Positions 1-8,562 of a stretch of DNA of 32,000 bases are shown here, piece by piece (position 1 is the first letter of the stretch; every line of letters starts with the position of its first letter). The stretch lies in contig OZ245049.1 of assembly GCA_965224465.1 (NCBI GenBank), positions 1,980,001-2,012,000 of the forward strand, in the 5' to 3' direction. This DNA comes from Flavobacteriaceae bacterium (GTDB taxonomy: Bacteria > Bacteroidota > Bacteroidia > Flavobacteriales > Flavobacteriaceae). The notes beneath the pieces were generated by a model. It saw only the letters and a list, made by a program, of their open reading frames with translations, had not been told where the DNA came from and searched no databases. A program made the translations under genes and the position numbers.

Positions 1-1891
1 AGTACAAGATTAAGGGTGTCCCAAGTACTACAATAAGAATCTCTAAAGGCAATCCCATCCTCCAATAATCCGAAAACTTATATCCACCTGGACCAAGTAT
101 CAGTGCATTGCATTGATGTCCTATAGGTGTAAGAAAAGCACAGGAAGCACCTACAGCAACTGTCATTAAAAACGGATCAATACTAACGCCCATAACCAAG
201 GCGATCTCTACGGCTATAGGCGCCATAATAAGGGCAGTTGCCGCATTATTAATAACATCCGAAAGCGTCATTGTAATAACCATAATTAAGCCCAAAACAA
301 ACCATAAAGGCATCCCTTCCGTAACAGATAGCATAAGCTTAGCAATTAAACCTGTCGTAGCAGTTGTTTGAAGCGCATTACTAACGGGAATCATTGCACC
401 TAACAAGACAATAATAGGCCAATCTATATGTTTATATAATTCGCGAATAGGCAAAATACCCGTAAAAATATACATTAAAATTGCCCCTACAAAAGCAATG
501 GTAATAGGAACAATACCTAGCATACTCACAATAATAGCAACAAAAAAGATACTCAAGGCAATACTTACTTTCGAAAACACACCAACCGCTAAATTCCTAT
601 CTGCTAAAGGAATAAGCTCTAAAGTACTTATAATATCGTCTAAATTATCGGTATTCCCTTGTAAAAGCAATACATCTCCCACACGAAAATCAACATTTCC
701 TAAACGTTTCCGAATCGGTTGTCCTTGACGAGCAATAGCCATAAGTATTAAGGTATTGGCACTTTGTTTACGTAAAAAAGCTCTGTTTTGACCTTCTAAT
801 AAAGATTCTGGAGTGATCAACACTTCCCTAAAAAAAGTACTGTATTTATCTTTTAACTGATCAATCCGCTCCCTCATTAATTTAGATAGGCGTAAATTAT
901 ATTCATCCATCATTAACCTAAGTTCCAAAGGGTCCGCTTTAATTTGAAACCTATCACCTTGCACTATAACATGATCATAATTTGGAGAATGAATGGTTTC
1001 ATCGTTTAATATATGACCAAAAATAGTAAGTCTATCTTTTGTGAAATTTTCTATTTCATCGATACGCAGGCCTATAAATTTAGATTGAGCTGGGATCCTA
1101 ACTTCCGTAATATATTCATCAATTGAGAACAATGCTCCTTTACCTGATTTTTTTAAGGAAGTTTTTGGAATCAACCTCCAACCTATAACAGCTACAAACA
1201 AAACCCCCATAATTGCAATAACACCACCCACTGGACTAAAATCCAACATGGTAAATGCTTCTGGTTGAAATTCTGTAAGATCAATATTCTGAGACCTAAA
1301 ATACCTAGCCTCCAAGGAATTTATATCCTGAAGAGCACGTATTTTTAAATCGAGTAGTTGGGTTTTTCTAAAAGTAGCTATTATAATATTAGGAGGTGTA
1401 CCTATCATAGTGATCATCCCTCCTAAAATACTAGCAAAAGCCAATGGCATCAGTAATACACTAGGAGATCTTTTCCTTTTGACCGAACTTTTAAGAGCAA
1501 CTGGTAACATTAATGCAAGTGCTCCTACATTGTTCATAATAGCAGAAAGTACCATTACAACGCCACTTAAACTAGTGATATGCGTTAGTTTAGTACCCGA
1601 AAAAGGAGCTATCCTCCTAGATATTAGATCTACAACACCTGAATTACGTAAAGCCCTACTAATAATAAGAACTAAAGCTACCGTTATAACGGCTGGATGC
1701 GCAAAACCAATAAACAGATTGGAACCTTCAGGAATTAAATTTGAAGTACCTCCTCCTAGTAATTCGTCCACAACAAACAAGACTCCTAAGGAAATCATTG
1801 AAACAATATCATATCTAAATTTACCCCAAATAAAGAGAATAAATGTCATTGTAATAATCAATAGAATGGCAATTTGATCTGTAGTCATCAT
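1..1891 (-). CDS. SLC13/DASS-type permease with two internal TrkA-C (RCK_C) domains; partial, C-terminal end runs off the left edge
   Basis: Absent from the ORF track because it is open to the window edge. Manual reverse-strand translation from ATGATG at 1891 gives MMTTDQIAILLIITMTFILFIWGKFRYDIVSMISLGVLFVV...FAHPAVITVALVLIISRALRNSGVVDLISRRIAP. The same frame around 790-1130 reads EVRIPAQSKFIGLRIDEIENFTKDRLTIFGHILNDETIHSPNYDHVIVQGDRFQIKADP, which is TrkA-C-like. The same frame at 2-121 reads GHQCNALILGPGGYKFSDYWRMGLPLEILIVVLGTPLILY. I checked codon by codon for in-frame stops over 1-121 and 1142-1441 and found none; the remainder was not fully checked. Confidence 0.8.
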   Translation of the reverse strand, partial: MMTTDQIAILLIITMTFILFIWGKFRYDIVSMISLGVLFVVDELLGGGTSNLIPEGSNLFIGFAHPAVITVALVLIISRALRNSGVVDLISRRIAPFSGTKLTHITSLSGVVMVLSAIMNNVGALALMLPVALKSSVKRKRSPSVLLMPLAFASILGGMITMIGTPPNIIIATFRKTQLLDLKIRALQDINSLEARYFRSQNIDLTEFQPEAFTMLDFSPVGGVIAIMGVLFVAVIGWRLIPKTSLKKSGKGALFSIDEYITEVRIPAQSKFIGLRIDEIENFTKDRLTIFGHILNDETIHSPNYDHVIVQGDRFQIKADPLELRLMMDEYNLRLSKLMRERIDQLKDKYSTFFREVLITPESLLEGQNRAFLRKQSANTLILMAIARQGQPIRKRLGNVDFRVGDVLLLQGNTDNLDDIISTLELIPLADRNLAVGVFSKVSIALSIFFVAIIVSMLGIVPITIAFVGAILMYIFTGILPIRELYKHIDWPIIVLLGAMIPVSNALQTTATTGLIAKLMLSVTEGMPLWFVLGLIMVITMTLSDVINNAATALIMAPIAVEIALVMGVSIDPFLMTVAVGASCAFLTPIGHQCNALILGPGGYKFSDYWRMGLPLEILIVVLGTPLILY

Positions 1892-2230
1892 TTTTTAAAA
1901 ACACGTATTTTTAATATAAAAAGGATATTCCTTTTTATAAGACTCTTACTTTTTTATTGTAAAAACTCCTTAAACACACCCTAAACAAGTTACTAATTCA
2001 CAAATACCGAGTCATAAAGCACAATATAGTAATTTACACCTAAAAGCACTCACTCTATAAAAAACCTTGAATGTGCCCCAACAGTTCAAATACTTTTAGA
2101 ACAATGACATGCACAATACATTCCTGAATTTGATAAAACATGCAGCTTTCTTTATGCTACTGCATAAAACAGCCCCTCACTATATACTTTAATATAATAA
2201 CCGTTACAAATTAGACTATAGACATCTTAT

Positions 2231-2391
2231 GCCAAATACATTTCCAAGTCACGGTTTAGAAATGGAATTATTTTTTTATTTTAGCTAGGCAAAAAATGGA
2301 TGGATAGCCTTCGTTATCGTTCTGTTTTTAACCAATGCTAGCACGTAAAACAAACTATTTATATCGATAGTTTTGGATTGTAAGTTGGTGT
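2231..2391 (+). repeat. Family-1 intergenic repeat, copy A (about 160 bp, MITE/REP-like)
   Basis: gccaaatacatttccaagtcacggtttagaaatggaatta...tagctaggcaaaaaatggatggatagcct...atcgttctgtttttaaccaatgctagcacgtaaaacaaactatttatatcgatagttttggattgtaagttggtg aligns by eye along its whole length with 31342-31503 and with the reverse complement of 14132-14287. Confidence 0.8.
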
Positions 2392-2393
2392 AA

Positions 2394-2708
2394 ATGCTTC
2401 TTAACTCCTGGACATTGTTAGAAAATTTCACGAGCAATCAAACTTTTTATTACCCTCATTATTGTTGTGATATTATATGTAGGTACACTTTCTAACAAAA
2501 AAAGAACGTGATCATCATCTGTTCCAATCTCTAAAAACCGAATGTCATCACGCTTTTTAATTTCAGAACAGACAGATACTAAAACCTGACCCACACCTTT
2601 TGTAAAAACGAAGCTACGATACATTATTCTTGTAACTGAATGATCTAATAATGCTTCGACATTATGACTTTTACAAATATATTTACTCTTCTGTGACATC
2701 AAAGTCAC
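2394..2708 (-). pseudogene. tnpA: IS200/IS605-family Y1 (HUH) transposase TnpA remnant: degenerate HUH motif, internal stop, C-terminus missing
   Basis: The 96-aa ORF KSHNVEALLDHSVTRIMYRSFVF...IRFLEIGTDDDHVLFLLESVPTYNITTIMRVIKSLIAREIF is collinear with IS608-type TnpA as I recall it (KSNHNVVYSCKYHIVWCPKYRRKVL...IIEMQTDKDHIHILADIDP...RSSRILRQEF). The HUH motif reads H-V-L instead of H-x-H. There is a TAA at 2418-2420, after which the frame continues QCPGVKKHLH (compare NHLKTKL) until it meets the repeat at about 2391. The catalytic-Tyr helix is absent. Confidence 0.6.
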
Positions 2709-2802
2709 AAAATACTAACTATTGATGAGGAAAGACTCAGGGAATTAAACCCAAAAAAAATTAAAAAAACATTTTTTCCTTTTTATTTAGATTAAATATA
2801 AA

Positions 2803-2810
2803 TAGATTTG
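2803..2810 (+). promoter_or_regulatory. Candidate Bacteroidota -7 promoter box (TAnnTTTG) for the TonB-receptor cluster
   Basis: tagatttg matches TAnnTTTG and ends 21 nt upstream of the ATG at 2832. No clean TTTG -33 element was seen. Confidence 0.35.
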
Positions 2811-2831
2811 CAGTGTAATTTATTGCCTATT

Positions 2832-5546
2832 ATGAGAAGCCTCTTTTATATTTTTACTCTTACCTATTCTCTCACTATTTCCAGTCAAATATTAAGCGGA
2901 ATTGTTTTAGATAAAAAAACGAAGCTCCCCCTAGAATATGCCGTTATCAGGTTAGCAAACAACAGTGCTTGGGGAGTAGCAAACAGCACTGGTAATTTTT
3001 CTGTAGAAATAGACCAATATCCGATTACTATCTCCATTATATATCTCGGAAAGAAAACAAAAACAATCACTATAAAAAAAGCTAAATTCATAGCGGTATT
3101 CTTAGAAGATGATAACCTGAGTTTACACGAAGTTATAATCTCTGCAAAAGCAAGAAAAAATCAAGAAGCGTCTATTGTATTGGGAAGACAAGCCATTAAC
3201 ATGGTTCAAGCACAAAGTTTGGCAGATGTAATGCAACTCCTACCAGGGAAAAACATCAACGAGTCCGAGCTTCACGGCAGTCAAATACTCACATTACGTT
3301 CTGCTATTTTTACAAATACAGAGAAATACAACACATCTAAAGGACTCAGTATTTACAAAAACTCGCTTGCTTTATTTGATATCAATAATGCCTTTGGAAT
3401 CGGATATTTAGTGGATGGAATTCCTATTTCAAATGATGCCAATATGACTGTTAATAACACCAATGAGTTCGGAGGGTTTAACTCGGTCACTAATTACAAT
3501 AATTTAGGGTCTGGGCTTGATTTACGGAGCATCGCTTTAGGAAATATAGAGAAAATAGAAATCGTCCAAGGAATTGCTTCAGCAAAATACGGAAACCATA
3601 CTACGGGACTTATCAAAATAGAAAGATCTGCGGGACAATCTCCGTATCGTGTTTCTAGTACCATCCGTCCAGATGCCTACAGCATAGATATTTCTAAAGG
3701 GATTCGATTGCCCAGAAAAAACGGTTTCTTAAATACCAGTTTCAACTATTTACACTCAGAACAAAACCCACGAAACCCACTACAAACATTTAATAGAATA
3801 GGCGCCAATCTACTCTGGTCGATATACCGAGATGGTTTTAAAAATAAATTCAGTCTTTCTTTTAATACGACCATCGACAGAGAGAAATACAACCCCGAAG
3901 ACACGAGCGACAAACGCATACATGTTGACAAAAAAAGAATGATGATTTCTAACAGTTCAAAATGGATGTTTTCAAAACAATTAATAGACCATTTAGAAAC
4001 GTCTTTTGCAATCAATTATAGTATTGATAAGACAAGTAAATCTAGGGTACAAAACACAGGAGGGAATCCCATTCCAAATAGTCTAAAAGAAGGATTGTTT
4101 GAATTGCCATACACCTACCCCAATTACAGGTATTATCAAAACATTAACAGCATCCCTTTTTATGCATATGCTACTACAGAAATAGGTAAAAAATTCAACT
4201 TAACAAATGGATATTACTCCTATCAATTAGGAATAAATTTAAGTTTGGATGATAATTTTGGAAGCGGAACCAGTATAGACAGTGACAAACCCTTAAACGG
4301 AGCAACTATCAGTAAGATAAATACCTCTAGCGTAGGATACAGACCTTCTAATTTTAAAAAGCAGGTTAAGCAAGATCAGAAATATAGTTTTTATTTTATA
4401 AACCGTATAAAGCATCAATTTACAAAAGGAAGCCTTCTAACGGATCTAGGAATTAGATACAATAATTACAATGGGCACAAAACCATCAGCCCTAGATTTA
4501 ACATGACTTACACCGCATCCAAGGCATTGCGCATAAACACAGGGATTGGTTATTTTTCAAAAGCCCCTGCCCTCTCTCATACAAACCCAGGGACTGTTTA
4601 TTACGATTTTTTATTGGCAGATAAAAGAACCAACACCTACAGTTTGGCACTAGGACAGACCTTTGTAAGAAAACATACTAATTTTGAGTTAAAACCCTCA
4701 AGAACATTAAAAATAGAACAAAGCATCTATTACAATACAGACTGGGTAAACACCACTATTACGAGTTATTATAACAAAATGACAGATGGATTCACTCCGA
4801 TCACTCAATTAGAAAAAGTAAAGGTTCCTAAATTAGAATTCACCTATATATCCGATAAAAAACCAAGCTATAAAGTTGTAGGAACAACGCCACAGATACT
4901 CAAATATAAAAAAGTAGTAAATGGATTACAAAGCAACAATTACGGCTTTGAATTTCAACTACGATCAAAAAAAATTAGCAGTTTAAATACACGATTCTTA
5001 TTTAGTGGGGCATTTAGAGAAACCGTTACACAACATAATCTCCCTTTCCTAATTCGTTCAGGGAATTTACTTTCCAATATTGAATACGGGTATCACAAAA
5101 GATCTAAATCAAAATACACCACCTTAAAAACAAGACTTGTAGCCATTCAACATATTTCAAAATTAGGTCTTGTAATTTCTTTAACGGCAGAACAGTTTTT
5201 TATCTCTACTAAAAAAAGTTATAAAAATTCTCCTTATGCATTTGCCTACCTAGACAGTAATTTAAATGTGATACAAATAGCTCAAGAAGATAGAGGCGCT
5301 GACAAGTACAAAGAAATACGTTCTACTAGCGTAAAGAACAATACAACAAAACTTTCTAAGCCATATTCCAACTACCACATAAAGATTTCAAAGGAATTTG
5401 AAAACAATCTTCAATTTAGTTTTTACGCCTATAATTTTTTAAACCACAGACCCCACACAACAGTTCTCAATTCATCAGGAGAATACGTTGACCTCTATTT
5501 AAATAGACCTATCTCTTTTGGAGGTAAAATTCAATATCAATTTTAA
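2832..5546 (+). CDS. TonB-dependent outer-membrane receptor with N-terminal CarboxypepD_reg-like domain (not SusC/SusD-paired)
   Basis: The track ORF 2808..5546 starts at TTG. The first ATG at 2832 gives a signal-like MRSLFYIFTLTYSLTISSQ. ILSGIVLDKKTKLPLEYAVIRL...GNFSVEI is CarboxypepD_reg-like. SLADVMQLLPGKNI...GLDLRSIALGNIEKIEIVQGIASAKYGNHTTGLIKIER is plug-like. A long beta-rich remainder ends GGKIQYQF, with the aromatic C-terminus typical of OM barrels. Confidence 0.85.
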   Translation: MRSLFYIFTLTYSLTISSQILSGIVLDKKTKLPLEYAVIRLANNSAWGVANSTGNFSVEIDQYPITISIIYLGKKTKTITIKKAKFIAVFLEDDNLSLHEVIISAKARKNQEASIVLGRQAINMVQAQSLADVMQLLPGKNINESELHGSQILTLRSAIFTNTEKYNTSKGLSIYKNSLALFDINNAFGIGYLVDGIPISNDANMTVNNTNEFGGFNSVTNYNNLGSGLDLRSIALGNIEKIEIVQGIASAKYGNHTTGLIKIERSAGQSPYRVSSTIRPDAYSIDISKGIRLPRKNGFLNTSFNYLHSEQNPRNPLQTFNRIGANLLWSIYRDGFKNKFSLSFNTTIDREKYNPEDTSDKRIHVDKKRMMISNSSKWMFSKQLIDHLETSFAINYSIDKTSKSRVQNTGGNPIPNSLKEGLFELPYTYPNYRYYQNINSIPFYAYATTEIGKKFNLTNGYYSYQLGINLSLDDNFGSGTSIDSDKPLNGATISKINTSSVGYRPSNFKKQVKQDQKYSFYFINRIKHQFTKGSLLTDLGIRYNNYNGHKTISPRFNMTYTASKALRINTGIGYFSKAPALSHTNPGTVYYDFLLADKRTNTYSLALGQTFVRKHTNFELKPSRTLKIEQSIYYNTDWVNTTITSYYNKMTDGFTPITQLEKVKVPKLEFTYISDKKPSYKVVGTTPQILKYKKVVNGLQSNNYGFEFQLRSKKISSLNTRFLFSGAFRETVTQHNLPFLIRSGNLLSNIEYGYHKRSKSKYTTLKTRLVAIQHISKLGLVISLTAEQFFISTKKSYKNSPYAFAYLDSNLNVIQIAQEDRGADKYKEIRSTSVKNNTTKLSKPYSNYHIKISKEFENNLQFSFYAYNFLNHRPHTTVLNSSGEYVDLYLNRPISFGGKIQYQF

Positions 5547-5560
5547 TTAACTATATAACA

Positions 5561-6880
5561 ATGAAAAAAGTAACACAGTACCTAATTCTATTTTGTATCT
5601 CTTTAGGGATTTTTACATCTTGTGAAAAAGACGAAAACATAATAGCCCCTGTAGAGGTAACGATCGCTACGCAATTTGATGAGAATTTTGATCATAAAAA
5701 AATTCAAGAAGTAAGCATCACTTTAAAAAACACAAACTCGGGAGACAGCTATACCATAGATTCTGATACTTCAGGAAAAGCCATATTCTCTGTATCTCCA
5801 GGGAACTATAATATTTCAGCGACTATTATCATGACACCTGCTGAATTTGAAACGTTTTTTGGTTTTGCATCAGAGCAAGAATCCATTGGATTTAATGGTG
5901 TTTTAGAAAACATCACAATCAACGACAGTCAGGAAATTTCACCACTAATAACCTTACTTTCATCTCGTATTGGTGCCCTTGTAATCAAACAAGTTTACTA
6001 TGCAGGTTCCGATGTAAAAGTAGGCGCCATGTTTAGAGATATTTTCTATGAAATCTACAACAACTCTAATGAAACCATCTATTTAGACGGACTATATTTT
6101 GGGGTATTGTACAATAATTCAAGCCGTACCGTAAAAAGCTACACCTTAGCAAATGGACAATTAGACTGGGAACAATCTATAGGGCAAGACAAAGGCGCAA
6201 AATCAAACGCAAATTATTGCTACGCGGATAATATCTATCAATTCCCAGGCGATGGAAAAAGTTTCCCTCTCTTACCTGGAAAGAGTACCGTTGTTGCGGG
6301 TACAGCAATTAACCATAAAGAACCACTTGTAATAGGGGATAAAACCTATACTGTACAAAGTCCAGAATTGGTTACAGACTTAAGCAATGCAGATTGGGAA
6401 GTTAATTTAATTGAATACAGAAAAGGCTTGGGGCTCAGTCCATATATTACTGATATAGACAATCCAAATGTTCCAAACATTAAGATTATCCATACGGTAA
6501 ACAAAGAATTAATTTTAGACCCTATGGGAAGAGACTCTTTCGTTATCTTTTCTACAAAAGAATACGATTCTTTTTTAAAAGTACCAAGTCCTAAAAAAAC
6601 GTCTGTAAGTTCAACTACACGTTTCTATGTTCAAATACCTAACAGTATTATTATAGATGGTGTTGAGACTAACAAAGAAGATCCTGCGTCTCTATACCCA
6701 AGAAGAATTAGTGCTTCTATAGATGGAGGATACGCCTTTGTTCCTAAAGGAAGATTCTCTTCGCAAGCCATCATAAGAAAAGTAAAAACTACTATTGGGG
6801 GCCGTAAAATACTTATGGACACAAATAATTCTAGCAACGATTTTGAAGTTGCAGAACCACCAACACCAGGAAGCTGGTAA
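5561..6880 (+). CDS. Predicted surface-exposed lipoprotein (beta-sandwich N-terminus plus DUF4876-like C-terminal domain)
   Basis: MKKVTQYLILFCISLGIFTSC is a lipoprotein signal with Cys21, followed by EKDEN (K-D-E resembles the Bacteroidota lipoprotein surface-export signal). SGKAIFSVSPGNYNISATI is an Ig/CarboxypepD-like segment. LVIKQVYYAGS...DIFYEIYNNSNETIYLDGLYF is lamin-tail-domain-like. The gene starts 14 bp after the TBDR stop. The DUF4876 label is from memory and unverified. Confidence 0.7.
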   Translation: MKKVTQYLILFCISLGIFTSCEKDENIIAPVEVTIATQFDENFDHKKIQEVSITLKNTNSGDSYTIDSDTSGKAIFSVSPGNYNISATIIMTPAEFETFFGFASEQESIGFNGVLENITINDSQEISPLITLLSSRIGALVIKQVYYAGSDVKVGAMFRDIFYEIYNNSNETIYLDGLYFGVLYNNSSRTVKSYTLANGQLDWEQSIGQDKGAKSNANYCYADNIYQFPGDGKSFPLLPGKSTVVAGTAINHKEPLVIGDKTYTVQSPELVTDLSNADWEVNLIEYRKGLGLSPYITDIDNPNVPNIKIIHTVNKELILDPMGRDSFVIFSTKEYDSFLKVPSPKKTSVSSTTRFYVQIPNSIIIDGVETNKEDPASLYPRRISASIDGGYAFVPKGRFSSQAIIRKVKTTIGGRKILMDTNNSSNDFEVAEPPTPGSW

Positions 6881-6895
6881 AAAGAACCATTCGTG

Positions 6896-6939
6896 CTCAA
6901 GGTGCTCCTGCTTATCAGGAAGTACCTTGAGTATTTTTA
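6896..6939 (+). terminator. Intra-cluster stem-loop with short T-rich tail; possible partial terminator, attenuator or mRNA-stabilising hairpin
   Basis: ctcaaggtgctcctg (6896-6910), loop cttat, caggaagtaccttgag (6916-6931): 8 + 5 bp of pairing with a small internal loop, followed by tattttta. It lies in the 150-bp gap between the lipoprotein and barrel genes. Confidence 0.4.
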
Positions 6940-7029
6940 CGTTTAAAGTATTCTAGTCAAAACAGAGAATCACAGGTGTTTTCTTTTTGAAAATACATTA
7001 ACTATCAAACTAAAAAAACACGTATCTCT

Positions 7030-8562
7030 ATGAAATTTTTATATTTTATCTGTCTGTTTAGTATCCATATTTGTTTTTCTCAAAGCACATTGGATATAAA
7101 AAATAATGGGCACAGCATAAGAAATAAAAGACTATTATCTCAGATATACAATAACCCTTTTGTACTATACAGTACACCATGCATGGATTACACACGTGTT
7201 TCAATAAACGGTAACTTTAAAAACAATAATGAAAAAAACACGCTAAAAGCAACAGGAGAACAAGATTTAAAAATTGCTGTAGAGGGCGTTTTCAAGCATA
7301 AAAATACGTATTTTCTAGGAAGCATCAATTTTAAAAGAAGTAATTTAAAAGGACTTGGATGGAATTTATCTAACATGCTGCCTTACAAAAACAGTACAGA
7401 AAAATCTCCCTATTATTATTTAGCTTATAAGGAAGGAACTTGGAAAAACCAATCATACTACTTAGATGGCACCATGCTAAATGTATTGGTAGAAAAAAAA
7501 CTACATTCCATCGTACGAGTTGGGTATAAAACCTTAAAAGACTATCGAACACTAGAGCCTTTGCCAGAACTGACATACCTAGACATGAATCTTACAGGAG
7601 GAATCTCTTACACCCTAACCCCTTCTAGTTCTGTAAACATAAGTGCTAACTATGGACGTATAAATAACAAAATAGGAATCGGATACACAGGTAGCAGTGC
7701 CAATAAAAACATCCCTTTCAATACCGAAATTTACAATAGAATTTCCGTAGGGTTTGGCTTTATAGAATCCGCAAAAACACCCAGTGCTAAAGAAGAGGAA
7801 CAGTATAAAGGCTTTAAAATAGGCTATGGACTGCATCGTAAAAACAAGAATCTCAACTTGGATTTCTCCTTCAAAACCTCCAACAATGCATTTATAGAAC
7901 GATACACAGACAGCTACTATAAAGAGCTTGGCTATTACACCGTTAACACCTATAAATTAAATGGTTTTTACACTATTGATACACAAAACAAGAAACAGCT
8001 ATTTACTACAAACTTCGCTTATTTTAAAGGTAGTAATTTTAGACACATTTTTAATGGCACCAATTACAAATCCTCCTTCTTAAAAATACAGGGTTCTTAT
8101 GTTTTTTCGAAATATAAAAACCAACACGTAGATTATGAGTTCTCAGGAAGCATCGCATTTAAAAAAACAGCACAAAAAGACTATCAAGTAGGAGCGAATC
8201 AACGTAGAAGTACCTTAAAAATAGGTATTACAACACTCAAAGAATTCCCTATAAGTCAACACACTTCTATTGGAGCAAATATATCCATGGGACATCAATT
8301 TAGCCTCCATCATAATATCGGATATACGACCAATACTCATGCTCGTTTTGTGAAAGATGTATTGAAAGCAGATTACAGGTATTTCACTTCAAATAGTTTC
8401 TTTTTAAAACCTACAGTAGGCATCCATTTTATCCATCAAAAGCAACATATTAATACAGGAATCTATTACGAAACAATTCATTTTTACGGAGGCTCCTCAA
8501 AATACACTACAGAAACTGACACAAATAGCAACGCTGGAATATTCATAAAATTTACAAATTGA
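7030..8562 (+). CDS. Secreted outer-membrane beta-barrel-like protein without plug (DUF6850-like)
   Basis: Signal peptide MKFLYFICLFSIHICFSQ. The Y/G/N/T/S-rich sequence with alternating hydrophobic residues runs throughout (for example LKIGITTLKEF, SIGANISMGHQFSL, VGIHFIHQ, NAGIFIKFTN). No TonB plug motifs were seen. The family name is from memory and unverified. Confidence 0.6.
   Translation: MKFLYFICLFSIHICFSQSTLDIKNNGHSIRNKRLLSQIYNNPFVLYSTPCMDYTRVSINGNFKNNNEKNTLKATGEQDLKIAVEGVFKHKNTYFLGSINFKRSNLKGLGWNLSNMLPYKNSTEKSPYYYLAYKEGTWKNQSYYLDGTMLNVLVEKKLHSIVRVGYKTLKDYRTLEPLPELTYLDMNLTGGISYTLTPSSSVNISANYGRINNKIGIGYTGSSANKNIPFNTEIYNRISVGFGFIESAKTPSAKEEEQYKGFKIGYGLHRKNKNLNLDFSFKTSNNAFIERYTDSYYKELGYYTVNTYKLNGFYTIDTQNKKQLFTTNFAYFKGSNFRHIFNGTNYKSSFLKIQGSYVFSKYKNQHVDYEFSGSIAFKKTAQKDYQVGANQRRSTLKIGITTLKEFPISQHTSIGANISMGHQFSLHHNIGYTTNTHARFVKDVLKADYRYFTSNSFFLKPTVGIHFIHQKQHINTGIYYETIHFYGGSSKYTTETDTNSNAGIFIKFTN

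Noticed and set aside
498-1877. Plus-strand ORFs 498..728 and 1410..1877 from the supplied track
   Set aside because: They are antisense to a much longer minus-strand frame (1..1891) that translates into a recognisable SLC13/TrkA-C permease. Their own translations are low-complexity (I/K/T/P-rich) with no motifs.
2231-2391. Family-1 repeat considered as a tRNA, riboswitch or other named RNA
   Set aside because: There is no cloverleaf and no recognisable riboswitch core. Copies occur in both orientations relative to neighbouring genes and also at 3' ends. A match to a named Flavobacteria-specific Rfam motif cannot be excluded from memory, so this is left as a check under the findings.
2808-2831. 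TTG-initiated N-terminal extensions in the track: 2808 for the TBDR, 13743 for the small membrane protein, 17328 for the kinase, and the ATG at 22999 for galE
   Set aside because: In each case a downstream ATG gives a canonical N-terminus, either a signal peptide or the MAKKILVTGG Rossmann start. The extension also overlaps or abuts the candidate promoter box.
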